A stretch of 28,893 nt of DNA from IMG/VR virus record IMGVR_UViG_3300042914_001903, positions 1 through 28,893 of that record; one strand, written 5' to 3'. The notes under the pieces are model-generated. The model ran no database searches. It saw nothing but the letters and a program-made list of their open reading frames with translations, and had not been told where the DNA came from. Every line of letters starts with the position of its first letter. Within the stretch, counting starts at the first letter, position 1. This document shows, in pieces, positions 8,901 to 15,728 of this stretch. The stretch comes from a virus (Duplodnaviria; Caudoviricetes). The position numbers and the translations under genes are program-made.

Positions 8901-10878
8901 TTTAAAAATTGCAGGTACAGTAACTAACCTTTGGAAAGCATCTGTAGTTGGTTTAAACCCTGTATCTCAAATCAGACAGTTTGTTAAAGACCAAGGAGCT
9001 ATATTATTTTTTACATCTCCTAGAGCAAAACTATCTGTACTTAACCCTCTTAACTTTATGGAAGCAGCTTATGGTGTTACAGCAAGTAGCACAAGGTTGG
9101 GTGAGTTTTTATCTAAAGCTCCAATTATTGGTAAAAGAATGGAACAAGCTCATCTTAAAGCAAGAAGAGAGTATAAAAACTTTCTTAAATTAGGAGGAGG
9201 TCAGACATCTTATGATGCAGTTTCAGGAAGAGATACAGTTAAAAGTTTTGTAGAAGCAGGTGGTAAACCTAAAGCATTCTCAAGAGAAAACATAGAAAAA
9301 TATATAGCTAAGTCAGAAGAAGCTACAAGGTTTCAACTATATTTAATTCAAAAAAAACAGTATTTAAGAAAGGGTTATAGTGACCTAGATGCCTCTTTAA
9401 AAGCAGTTTATGATTCAAATAACCTTCTACCTAACTATTTCCAAAAGGGTAAATTTGGAAGGGTTTTAGAAGTAGCATCTCCATTTGCTAATGCTAAATT
9501 AAAATCAGCAAGAGCATTAAGAACTTATATTGCTGAAAAACCAGCAGAGGCAACATTTAGCATTTTAACAACTGTTGCAGCTCCTGTTGCTGCTATAACT
9601 TACTGGAACTTATCTGATGAGAATAGAAGAAACGCTTATAGTGATATACCTGAATGGGAAAAAGAATTAGGTTTAATAATCCTTCCCCCATTCCCTGTAA
9701 AAAATGAAAACGGTAAATATGAATACATAAGAATCCCACAAGAAGAAACTGTTGCAGGATTAGCACAAGGTTATAGAAGAGCAACTGAAATTGCTATGAG
9801 CGAAGACCCTGATAAAGTTCAACAAGTATGGGGTGCATTACTTGATACTACACACGATCTAGTAATGGCAACTACAGGACAGGAAATAGGTCTTGCATCT
9901 ACACCTGAAAAAGCTGTTGAAAACCTAAGACAGGGTAGTGCTGCAGCAATTAACCCTTATCTTAGAAGTCCTTTAGAACTCTTAACAGGATATGATTTAT
10001 TTAAAGGTCAAACTATTGAAGACTTAGGCGACCTAAAAGAATACTCCTACAGAAGATTTAGCAAGAGTTCAACTCCACTTGCTGTTGATTTGTCTAAATT
10101 CTTATTTGATAACGGAATTAAAAACGTATCTCCAAAAGAGATAGACTTCTTCTTAGCTGCTAATTTCCCTGGACTACCTCAATACGCCCTAGGTGGTTTA
10201 AATGATTTACTAAATAAATCTAAAGCAAATCCTTCTGATTTTGAACCTAAGACAATGCTTAATGACATTGTTAAGATTTTTAGAAGAGAAGGTGGTGGTG
10301 AGCAAAACAGGAAACTATTTTTAGAAAAAGAACAACAAACATTTGAAAAGACTAAAGAAAATGCAGGTATCAAAGAATTAATTAAAGATATTTATACCGA
10401 TACAAACGCTGAAGATGCTAGAACAAAACTAAGAGAAATAACCCCAAATCTAACCTCACAACAATTTAGAGCATTAGAAAATTCAGTACAACTAGAGTTA
10501 GCAGAAGAAAGCTTAACTCCTGATCAAAAAGTTATTTTAAATTTTTCAAAAGATGATTTAGAAACATTAAAAGAAACTAACCCTGAGAGAACTGAGGATA
10601 TTGATAAGGTTTTGGAAGTTAAAGATTTAATTTCTAAACAAAAGAATATTTCAGGTTCTTCTATCGGACTTAAATCTACAGGTGGTGGTCCATCACTATC
10701 TATTAAAGCAAGTAAAATTAAACTACCTAAAATATCTAAACCTAAAAAGGTAAGAATGCCTAAGGTTTCTGCACCTAAGAGATTAACTGTTAAAAAACCT
10801 AAAGCAACTAAAGCTAAAAGAATTAAGGGAGTAAAAGTTCCTCGTGTAAAACCACTTAAAAGAATCAAAAGATTTTAG
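5959..10878 (+). CDS. large internal virion/ejection protein with LPD38-like region and Lys/Pro-rich tail
   Basis: 1639 aa, mostly helical. YSDIPEWEKE..LIILP...YIRIP and INPYLRSPLELLTGYDLFKGQTI resemble the LPD38 domain of large polyvalent phage proteins. The last ~60 aa are K/P/R-rich. Confidence 0.6.
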   Translation: MDIQNTLEQAKQRGLSAIDSIRKAVTTPQPTTMDRISQGVQVLKAYDQAKKVLTPKPTNVLQKAYETYQTIQPIAGVVQGITKGFGVPKTSLPAPLQAPLTSNAVKFTSEYLERVAKPIADTIQVAKELNPATLGITSANRGAALATKQIELGRTLTPEEFISIAKPQISLDQIFAPFEVLNQAIVQPAYDTLKVDLYNKRKQLGYSVADITETPGQLRRAAITGKPTPTGRSEITLNEVFNVDEKTNPTLYQVNRFIDFTPELIAPGPGELAAFGASIKGVKGASRVDDAIDAFKAEGKPLTKAAEDFIKDTFKSADDVKNYLKEQIGGIKQIDQAERNVISVTQKFADEIVRKEKAARELARGEVPGIKGKLSKIWEDYKVNFETQQEAIYKAIKLAEKQYGKLNPSQNPIYYLDILFRSGRQTEEYITKNGLVDILTQAKQKGSTDEFGSLLLNRRLLTVADETGIDLPNRAEKERFVAFASQKYADLLARYDNYMQGLLKFIYDNNLIDEAEYNRLKELKDYAPFQKVFDEADTPELPKLSTTTFGSVNDPRLVQKLKDIANTIHENPLESTLYYTYRAVDKANQNKFASLFGDLIKQGKIDGAEMIRVAEDVIRRTALINDVEELKKVRDAVRRFIKKKNIQKGVLEKEFNSLARKGINLSLKKTTVETMDPVVKDRLIQRVKSLTKDRNKLQNEIEKLNIKGLDLQAVRDFEGFTKAVPAPELQKILDKNLVKKEEFLTKLLAKSDNLIKEKFNKYISKEYGLNLKELTDEARLNFFRNSTPDELERFVFEVLDITPKRAASFFNRLRTSKGKIAETVKEIEDLRNQSFVNNIIDTLYRDEQQLLKQLAGKQSELKPILREITDIKSNIYYNELFNSLVKKSPDELEVIQKQLGKSEKNIKKIVDIIVEGQRKLDETSGAIARREQEIKTLMDKGKDGKAVISWYNNGVRELATVSKELGEAFKLSNETGTMEAVLKIAGTVTNLWKASVVGLNPVSQIRQFVKDQGAILFFTSPRAKLSVLNPLNFMEAAYGVTASSTRLGEFLSKAPIIGKRMEQAHLKARREYKNFLKLGGGQTSYDAVSGRDTVKSFVEAGGKPKAFSRENIEKYIAKSEEATRFQLYLIQKKQYLRKGYSDLDASLKAVYDSNNLLPNYFQKGKFGRVLEVASPFANAKLKSARALRTYIAEKPAEATFSILTTVAAPVAAITYWNLSDENRRNAYSDIPEWEKELGLIILPPFPVKNENGKYEYIRIPQEETVAGLAQGYRRATEIAMSEDPDKVQQVWGALLDTTHDLVMATTGQEIGLASTPEKAVENLRQGSAAAINPYLRSPLELLTGYDLFKGQTIEDLGDLKEYSYRRFSKSSTPLAVDLSKFLFDNGIKNVSPKEIDFFLAANFPGLPQYALGGLNDLLNKSKANPSDFEPKTMLNDIVKIFRREGGGEQNRKLFLEKEQQTFEKTKENAGIKELIKDIYTDTNAEDARTKLREITPNLTSQQFRALENSVQLELAEESLTPDQKVILNFSKDDLETLKETNPERTEDIDKVLEVKDLISKQKNISGSSIGLKSTGGGPSLSIKASKIKLPKISKPKKVRMPKVSAPKRLTVKKPKATKAKRIKGVKVPRVKPLKRIKRF

Positions 10879-10890
10879 TATTTATATATT
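10856..10890 (+). promoter_or_regulatory. late-type promoter motif copy 4 (variant)
   Basis: TTAA-N15-TTAGTATT-N8-ATG(10891). Confidence 0.55.
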
Positions 10891-11076
10891 ATGAAACTAC
10901 AAGAATTTACAAACTTATACTACAAATTAAAAGAACTTAAAGAAAAGGTCAAAAAACCTTTGGAGAAAAAAATGGAAATGGCTGAAGAAAAAGACGACAT
11001 GAAAGAAGATAAAATGGAAAAGGAAATGTACAAAAAAGTAAAAAAACAAGTAATGAAAAAAGTGAAAGGAAAATAA
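10891..11076 (+). CDS. small Lys/Glu/Met-rich protein
   Basis: 61 aa, starts at the motif-defined +1. Its stop overlaps the next start (TAATG). Confidence 0.65.
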   Translation: MKLQEFTNLYYKLKELKEKVKKPLEKKMEMAEEKDDMKEDKMEKEMYKKVKKQVMKKVKGK

Positions 11077-11252
11077 TGAAAAAAACAGCATCACAAAAGA
11101 AAATTTCTAAAGTAATGAGAGAGTACAAAGCAGGAACTTTACATAGTGGTAAAAATCCTAAAGGACCAAAAAAAGCTCCTATCGTTAAATCAAGACGCCA
11201 GGCTATCGCAATCGCCCTTAGCGAAGCAGGTAAATCTAAGAAGAAAAAATAA
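11076..11252 (+). CDS. small basic protein, DUF6496-like (absent from ORF track)
   Basis: Hand translation MKKTASQKKISKVMREYKAGTLHSGKNPKGPKKAPIVKSRRQAIAIALSEAGKSKKKK (58 aa). KVM.E.K.G.L.SG and VKSR.QAIAI.LSEA match DUF6496 as recalled. TAATG coupling at both ends. Confidence 0.8.
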   Translation: MKKTASQKKISKVMREYKAGTLHSGKNPKGPKKAPIVKSRRQAIAIALSEAGKSKKKK

Positions 11253-11404
11253 TGAAGAAAACTATCAAACAACTAAAAGCAATGAAAAATAGTTTGGTTA
11301 AAAATATAGCATTAGCTAAAAGAAAAGGAACTTCAAATCCTAAATCTAAATCAACTATTAGCCCTAAAGAGTTTGCTAAGTTAAAAACTTACAGAAAAAA
11401 ATAA
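11252..11404 (+). CDS. small basic protein (absent from ORF track)
   Basis: Hand translation MKKTIKQLKAMKNSLVKNIALAKRKGTSNPKSKSTISPKEFAKLKTYRKK (50 aa). TAATG-coupled and fills the gap to thioredoxin. Confidence 0.7.
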   Translation: MKKTIKQLKAMKNSLVKNIALAKRKGTSNPKSKSTISPKEFAKLKTYRKK

Positions 11405-11406
11405 CT

Positions 11407-11673
11407 ATGTTGAAAATACTAGACTTCTACGCTGATTGGTGTAACCCTTGCAAAACAATGTTACCTATATTTGAGGAACTAAAGTCTGAGTTCCCTAATA
11501 TAGAGTTTCAAAAGATCAACATAGAAGAATCTGATGAAGCAGGAAAGTTTGGAGTTACAAGTATTCCAACATTTATTATTACAAGAAATGACGTTGAAGT
11601 TTCAAGAAAAAATGGAGTAATGTCAAAAGAATTATTTAAAAATTGGCTAAAAGAATATGGCAATGAACATTAG
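11407..11673 (+). CDS. trxA: thioredoxin
   Basis: DFYADWCNPCK active site (CxxC) and cis-Pro motif GVTSIPTF. Confidence 0.9.
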   Translation: MLKILDFYADWCNPCKTMLPIFEELKSEFPNIEFQKINIEESDEAGKFGVTSIPTFIITRNDVEVSRKNGVMSKELFKNWLKEYGNEH

Positions 11674-12178
11674 AAAAACAACTAAAGGTAAAGATAGAAA
11701 CTTCCTAACTGATATTAACGGTTTTGAAGGTATATACAAAATTGATTCAAAAGGTAATATATATTCTTTTCATAAAAATAAATTAGGTAAGTTAAGAAAG
11801 CAAGTTTTAAATTCAAATGGTTACTTTTGTGTAAAACTTTATAAAGAAAAAAAATATAAAATGATTGATGTTCATAGAATAATTGCTCAAACCTTTATTG
11901 AAAATAAAAATAACTATAATCAAGTAGACCATATAGACGGAAATAAACAAAATAATTCTTTAGAAAATTTAAGGTGGGTAGATAATAGATTAAATCAAAT
12001 TTACAGATTTCAAAAAGTTAAAAAAAGTTCTAAATATTATGGCGTAACTTGGCACAAATTAAAAAATAAATGGCAATCTTCTATTAAAATTTCTGGAAAA
12101 CAAATATATTTAGGGTTATTTAAAGAAGAAATAGATGCACATAATGCGTATAAAAATTATTTGGCAAACTTACAATGA
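11657..12178 (+). CDS. NUMOD4-HNH-AP2 homing endonuclease fused to the target gene's N-terminus
   Basis: NUMOD4-like DINGFEGIYKIDSKGNIYS; HNH VHRIIAQTF...VDHIDGNKQNNSLENLRW; AP2-like SKYYGVTW....KWQSSI...GKQIYLGLF..EIDAHNAY. Very AT-rich. Confidence 0.9.
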   Translation: MAMNIRKTTKGKDRNFLTDINGFEGIYKIDSKGNIYSFHKNKLGKLRKQVLNSNGYFCVKLYKEKKYKMIDVHRIIAQTFIENKNNYNQVDHIDGNKQNNSLENLRWVDNRLNQIYRFQKVKKSSKYYGVTWHKLKNKWQSSIKISGKQIYLGLFKEEIDAHNAYKNYLANLQ

Positions 12179-12219
12179 ATATTAGAAAAACAACTAAAGG
12201 TAAAGATAGAAACTTTTTA
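11661..12219 (+). repeat. 47-nt direct repeat bounding the 512-bp endonuclease insertion
   Basis: 11661-11707 vs 12173-12219, 44/47 identical. Both encode MNIRKTTKGKDRNFL. Confidence 0.95.
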
Positions 12220-12420
12220 CCTACAAATTTAGGTGCAGGTATGACAGCTAGGGGGGTTGCTGCTTATAGAAGAGCTAACCCTGGTTCTAAATTACAAACT
12301 GCAGTTACAGAAAAAAATCCGACAGGAGAAAGAGCAAAAAGACGAAAAGCTTTCTGCTCGAGATCAAAATCATGGTCTGGTGAAAGAGGTATAGCAGCCC
12401 GTAAAAGATGGAGATGCTAA
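12175..12420 (+). CDS. small basic phage protein, DUF6321-like
   Basis: 81 aa. GAGMTARGVAAYRRANPGSKLQTAVT...RRKAFCSR...ARKRWRC matches this widespread phage family as recalled. Confidence 0.7.
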   Translation: MNIRKTTKGKDRNFLPTNLGAGMTARGVAAYRRANPGSKLQTAVTEKNPTGERAKRRKAFCSRSKSWSGERGIAARKRWRC

Positions 12421-12632
12421 GCATTCTTATCTTTAAAATTTTGGAAGTAAACTCTATATTCAAACTGATTGCAAAATACTTCAATCACTTCGTGAGAAAC
12501 TTTATTTTTATAAGCTTCTATAGCAGATACAGCTTGTTTAGTAATTCCTAAAGCATCTGCAAATTGCTGTTGAGTTAAACCTCTTTTAAGTCTAGTTTTT
12601 TTAAGAAAATCATTAAAATAATATATATCCAT
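12417..12632 (-). CDS. XRE-family HTH regulator
   Basis: LKKTRLKRGLTQQQFADALGITKQAVSAIE is a canonical HTH_3 pattern. Confidence 0.9.
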   Translation of the reverse strand: MDIYYFNDFLKKTRLKRGLTQQQFADALGITKQAVSAIEAYKNKVSHEVIEVFCNQFEYRVYFQNFKDKNA

Positions 12633-12647
12633 AATTTTATTATACCA
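12633..12647 (-). promoter_or_regulatory. extended -10 leaderless promoter of HTH gene
   Basis: Minus strand TGGTATAAT, 6 nt, ATG. Confidence 0.65.
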
Positions 12648-12659
12648 CCGGGTAAAGCG

Positions 12660-12917
12660 TCAGTTGTTTTCAATTATAAATAAATCAGTTACTCGTTCTT
12701 TTGTTTTTTTATCAACAATGTGAATTTCATAACCTAGAAAATTAAACAACATTATAAAAGTGTGAAGTGATGGGTTGGTTCTCATATTCTCAATAGCGTT
12801 GATGTTTTCTCTTGAAAATCCCAACCTCTTTTCAAATTGATATTGGGTTTTTCCTTTACGCGTTCTCAAATCGTGTAAAACAAACCCTACGTTTGTAGGA
12901 ACAAATCTCTTAGGCAT
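12660..12917 (-). CDS. XRE-family HTH regulator
   Basis: LHDLRTRKGKTQYQFEKRLGFSRENINAIENMRTNPSLHTF HTH_3 pattern. Confidence 0.85.
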   Translation of the reverse strand: MPKRFVPTNVGFVLHDLRTRKGKTQYQFEKRLGFSRENINAIENMRTNPSLHTFIMLFNFLGYEIHIVDKKTKERVTDLFIIENN

Positions 12918-12934
12918 CTGGGAATATTATACCA
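12918..12934 (-). promoter_or_regulatory. extended -10 promoter of second HTH gene
   Basis: Minus strand TGGTATAAT, 8 nt, ATG. Shares the 10-mer TGGTATAATA with the promoter at 12638-12647. Confidence 0.6.
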
Positions 12935-12976
12935 AACATAGTATTCTTAACTTAGGCAATATTTAAGGAGGGGTAT

Positions 12977-13201
12977 ATGCCACCACATTTTCACTTTGAG
13001 TTAGTTGTCCATTTGGTCAAGTTTGGTGAAAAACCAATTTTTATGACCAAGAGAGTCGTGGACGTGTATATGTCTATTTATGTAGAGGTTGCATATAACA
13101 TGGCTAAATCCTACATTCAAGATGGCTGGAGGATTGAAAAGATTGAGCTTAGGGACTACCAATTTTATCTAAACATGGAGTCAAGTTGGGAGGATTTCTG
13201 A
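12977..13201 (+). CDS. small hypothetical protein (paralogue A)
   Basis: 74 aa with strong SD AAGGAGG. Similar to the next ORF. Confidence 0.7.
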   Translation: MPPHFHFELVVHLVKFGEKPIFMTKRVVDVYMSIYVEVAYNMAKSYIQDGWRIEKIELRDYQFYLNMESSWEDF

Positions 13202-13374
13202 TGGAATCAATGCTAGTTATAACTCTGGTTAAGTACCATGAATATGGGAATCTTATGATGACCTTAAAGGCACCAAGAAACCCAGTTCTTGATTACATGG
13301 AACAAGCAGTAATCCTTGCTAGACCTTATGCAAAAGAGGGATGGCAAATGGTACACGCTTGTATCGAAAGGTAG
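13201..13374 (+). CDS. small hypothetical protein (paralogue B)
   Basis: 57 aa from ATG 13201 (TGATG overlap, SD GGAGG). Shares LV..LVK[FY].E and Y.E.A...A[KR].Y..[DE]GW with paralogue A. Confidence 0.7.
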   Translation: MESMLVITLVKYHEYGNLMMTLKAPRNPVLDYMEQAVILARPYAKEGWQMVHACIER

Positions 13375-13381
13375 GATTTAT

Positions 13382-13648
13382 GTGGCAAGGTTACCAAAAC
13401 ATCTTAGGTATGAAGTACTTGAAAGGGACGATTTTCTTTGTCGTTTCTGCGGTGCTGGTGGTAGGTATTCCGATATTATTCTTGAAGTCCACCACATCGT
13501 CTGGCGAAGACATGGTGGACAGGACGAACTTGCTAATTTGATGACAATATGCCGGACTCATCATGAAATTCTGCATTATGGTCGGGTGTTAGACACACCA
13601 AAAACCTTTAGCGAGTTACGAAAGCGAGGGGGTTGGGGTGGTCGTTAA
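13382..13648 (+). CDS. small Zn-binding HNH endonuclease (McrA/HNHc type)
   Basis: RYEVLERDDFLCRFCG...LEVHHIV....GGQDELANLMTICRTHH. GTG start at 13382 preceded by AGGTAGGA is preferred to the track's start at 13316. Confidence 0.85.
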   Translation: MARLPKHLRYEVLERDDFLCRFCGAGGRYSDIILEVHHIVWRRHGGQDELANLMTICRTHHEILHYGRVLDTPKTFSELRKRGGWGGR

Positions 13649-13665
13649 TTCGACTACCCCTTTTT
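13635..13665 (+). terminator. intrinsic terminator
   Basis: GGGGTGGTCG-TTAATT-CGACTACCCC stem-loop followed by TTTTT. Confidence 0.8.
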
Positions 13666-13670
13666 CATAT

Positions 13671-13746
13671 GCCTAGATAGCTCAATCGGTAGAGCAGCAG
13701 TTTTGTAAACTGCAGGTTAGGAGTTCGATTCTCCTTCTAGGCTCCA
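13671..13746 (+). tRNA. tRNA-Thr(UGU)
   Basis: 76 nt. Acceptor GCCTAGA/TCTAGGC, D arm GCTC/GAGC, anticodon arm GCAGT-TTTGTAA-ACTGC, T loop TTCGATT, encoded CCA. Confidence 0.97.
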
Positions 13747-13755
13747 TTAAATTAT

Positions 13756-13790
13756 TTGACATTTAAAAAATCATTTATTATTTCTTAATT
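13756..13790 (+). promoter_or_regulatory. late-type promoter motif copy 5 (scaffold/capsid operon; leadered)
   Basis: TTGA-N15-TTATTATT-N8-A(13791), followed by a 56-nt leader with SD-like AGAAAGG. Confidence 0.7.
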
Positions 13791-13846
13791 AGTTTCTATA
13801 GGGTGATGCTCCCCCACATAACAAGAGCATAGAAAGGTAGAACAAA

Positions 13847-14641
13847 ATGGATGAATTAAATCCAAACGGCACACAAGAGCTAAATGCTCAGGGTGATGTT
13901 CAAACAACCCCTCAGGACTTGCCATCTGAAAACGAAGTCGAACAAGGTTCTGAAGAATTTTCTCTGCCGGAAAGTTCAAATGACAGAACAAGAGAGCAAT
14001 TCAATAAGTTGCTCCAAAGTAACAAAGAGCTAAAAGAAAGATTAGCTCAAGTTGAAAGTACTAAGAACTCTGAACCAGCTATTGCTTATGGTTCAGTTTA
14101 TGAAACTTTCAAGGGCAACCCTGTTGTTTCACCTGTAGCAGATGTTCAGGACACAGACTACATAACAGCAGACGGGGAAGTAGATATTGAAAAACTTAAT
14201 GCCGACCTGAAAGCATTAAAAGTATCAGCCCTTGAGGCAAGACGTCTTGCAGAACAAGCAAGAGAGGAAATTGAGGTAAGGGAAGCTCATATGAAGCACC
14301 CATATCTTGACCCTCAAAGCCCTGAATTTGATCCTAACTTCTTTGAGTTAGTAAAAGACAGGGTAATCAGGCAGAGGTACTACGAAGGGAAGTCTTCTTC
14401 ACTTTCTAGTGTCGCTGACCAAGTAATAAGTTTTTATAAACCAAGTGGTATGTCTAAAAAAGAGGCTGAGAAAGCAAATCAAGAGTTCAAAAAAGCTCAA
14501 CAACAAGTTGCATCAAATGCTCCTCTTTCTTCGAGTACTGGTCGAAGACAAGATGGACCAAATTTAGACGATTTGAGAGCAAGAACACAAAAAGGTGATT
14601 CTTCAGCTTTGAGAGAAAGACTAAAAGCTCTTGGAATATAA
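13847..14641 (+). CDS. capsid scaffolding protein
   Basis: 264 aa with acidic disordered N-terminus, coiled coils, HPYLDPQSPEFDP and a C-terminal helix. Directly upstream of MCP. Confidence 0.75.
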   Translation: MDELNPNGTQELNAQGDVQTTPQDLPSENEVEQGSEEFSLPESSNDRTREQFNKLLQSNKELKERLAQVESTKNSEPAIAYGSVYETFKGNPVVSPVADVQDTDYITADGEVDIEKLNADLKALKVSALEARRLAEQAREEIEVREAHMKHPYLDPQSPEFDPNFFELVKDRVIRQRYYEGKSSSLSSVADQVISFYKPSGMSKKEAEKANQEFKKAQQQVASNAPLSSSTGRRQDGPNLDDLRARTQKGDSSALRERLKALGI

Positions 14642-14675
14642 AGTTACCTGTAGAAAGGCAGGAAAATAAAATAAT

Positions 14676-15566
14676 ATGCCAATCGGATTACAAACCTATC
14701 AAGACGCATCAAGAAGAGAAGACTTATTGTCTATCTTAAAAGATGTATCTCCTTTAGGTGGAAACTATCTAACTGGTAACCTTGGAACTTCCGTTGCTAG
14801 AAACACGCTACACGAGTGGGTAACTTACTATCAAGCAAGACCTACAACTGTAACTTTCGCAATCGAAGGTGCTGACGCTACTATTGTTGACTTAACAGCT
14901 CCTGTTAGATCAAACAACTTCACAGCTATCATCACTGAAGTTATCCAAGTTACTGGTTCTGAAAGAGCTGTAACTGTTGCAACAAATCAAGACCCTCTAT
15001 CCTTCCAAAAGGAAAAAGCTTTAATGAGATTAAACGCTAAAATGGAGTTCGCTCTATTAAACGGAACTAAAGCTTCTGGTGCTTCTGGAGTTGCAAGAGG
15101 AATGGTTGGAATCGATGGTTGTATCACAACAAACACTTCTGTTTTATCAAACGTATCATTGTCAATGGCAATGGTTGAAGATGCTATTCAAGCTTCTTGG
15201 GATAAAGTAGGTGCTGAATATGTTGCTGACACTATCGTTACAACTATGGCTCTTAAGAGAAGATTCACAACATTCGGAACATATGTAACCAACTTCGCAA
15301 ACAACACAAATACCTTATACCAAAATGTAAGTACATTTGAGTCTTCAGCTGGAGTTGTTAACGTAGTTCCTCACAAGGATGTTGCTGCTGGTAAGATGTA
15401 TGCTCTAAGACTTGACACATTCAAGATGGCTTTCTTAGAAGGTAGAGAACCTCAATTTGTTGAACTAGCTAAAACTGGTGATGCAGACAAAGGTATGTAC
15501 CTAACAGAATTGACAGTAGAGTCATTAGCTGAACCTGCATCTGTTAAAGTTTCTGGACTTCTATAG
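14676..15566 (+). CDS. major capsid protein (DUF5309/SU10-like HK97 fold)
   Basis: REDL..I..VSP, HEW, EGADA, ELAKTGDADKG...E.T.E motifs of this MCP family. High-expression codon style, SD AGAAAGGCAGG, followed by a terminator. Confidence 0.88.
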   Translation: MPIGLQTYQDASRREDLLSILKDVSPLGGNYLTGNLGTSVARNTLHEWVTYYQARPTTVTFAIEGADATIVDLTAPVRSNNFTAIITEVIQVTGSERAVTVATNQDPLSFQKEKALMRLNAKMEFALLNGTKASGASGVARGMVGIDGCITTNTSVLSNVSLSMAMVEDAIQASWDKVGAEYVADTIVTTMALKRRFTTFGTYVTNFANNTNTLYQNVSTFESSAGVVNVVPHKDVAAGKMYALRLDTFKMAFLEGREPQFVELAKTGDADKGMYLTELTVESLAEPASVKVSGLL

Positions 15567-15593
15567 TCTAGCCTCTTAAACAGAGAACCAAAG

Positions 15594-15621
15594 AAGCAGG
15601 GCGTAAAACCCCTGCTTTTTT
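15594..15621 (+). terminator. intrinsic terminator after MCP
   Basis: AAGCAGGG-CGTAAAAC-CCCTGCTT followed by TTTT. Confidence 0.85.
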
Positions 15622-15643
15622 GTTGCCCTGTGGTCATACCATT

Positions 15644-15671
15644 TTGAGTTTTCTTATGGGGTATGTATAAT
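15644..15671 (+). promoter_or_regulatory. sigma70-type promoter for the glycosylation operon
   Basis: TTGAGT, 16 nt, TATAAT (15666-15671), located after the MCP terminator. Confidence 0.55.
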
Positions 15672-15728
15672 GTAATGGGGGTAATTAATTCAAACACGAT
15701 TCAGGTTAATCTACCCCCAGCATTTACT

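Noticed and set aside
8010-11272. Minus-strand and nested ORFs in the track (e.g. 8010-8414, 10524-10868, 10949-11272, and similar ones elsewhere)
   Set aside because: They are shadows of well-supported plus-strand genes, with Phe/Leu/Ser-rich antisense composition and no start signals.
11657-12178. Group I intron or intein carrying the HNH endonuclease
   Set aside because: The ORF fills the whole insertion with no room for a ribozyme core, ends in a stop codon, and lacks intein splice residues.
13671-13746. tRNA as prophage or island attachment site
   Set aside because: No duplicated tRNA 3' fragment and no integrase seen, and phage genes continue on both sides.
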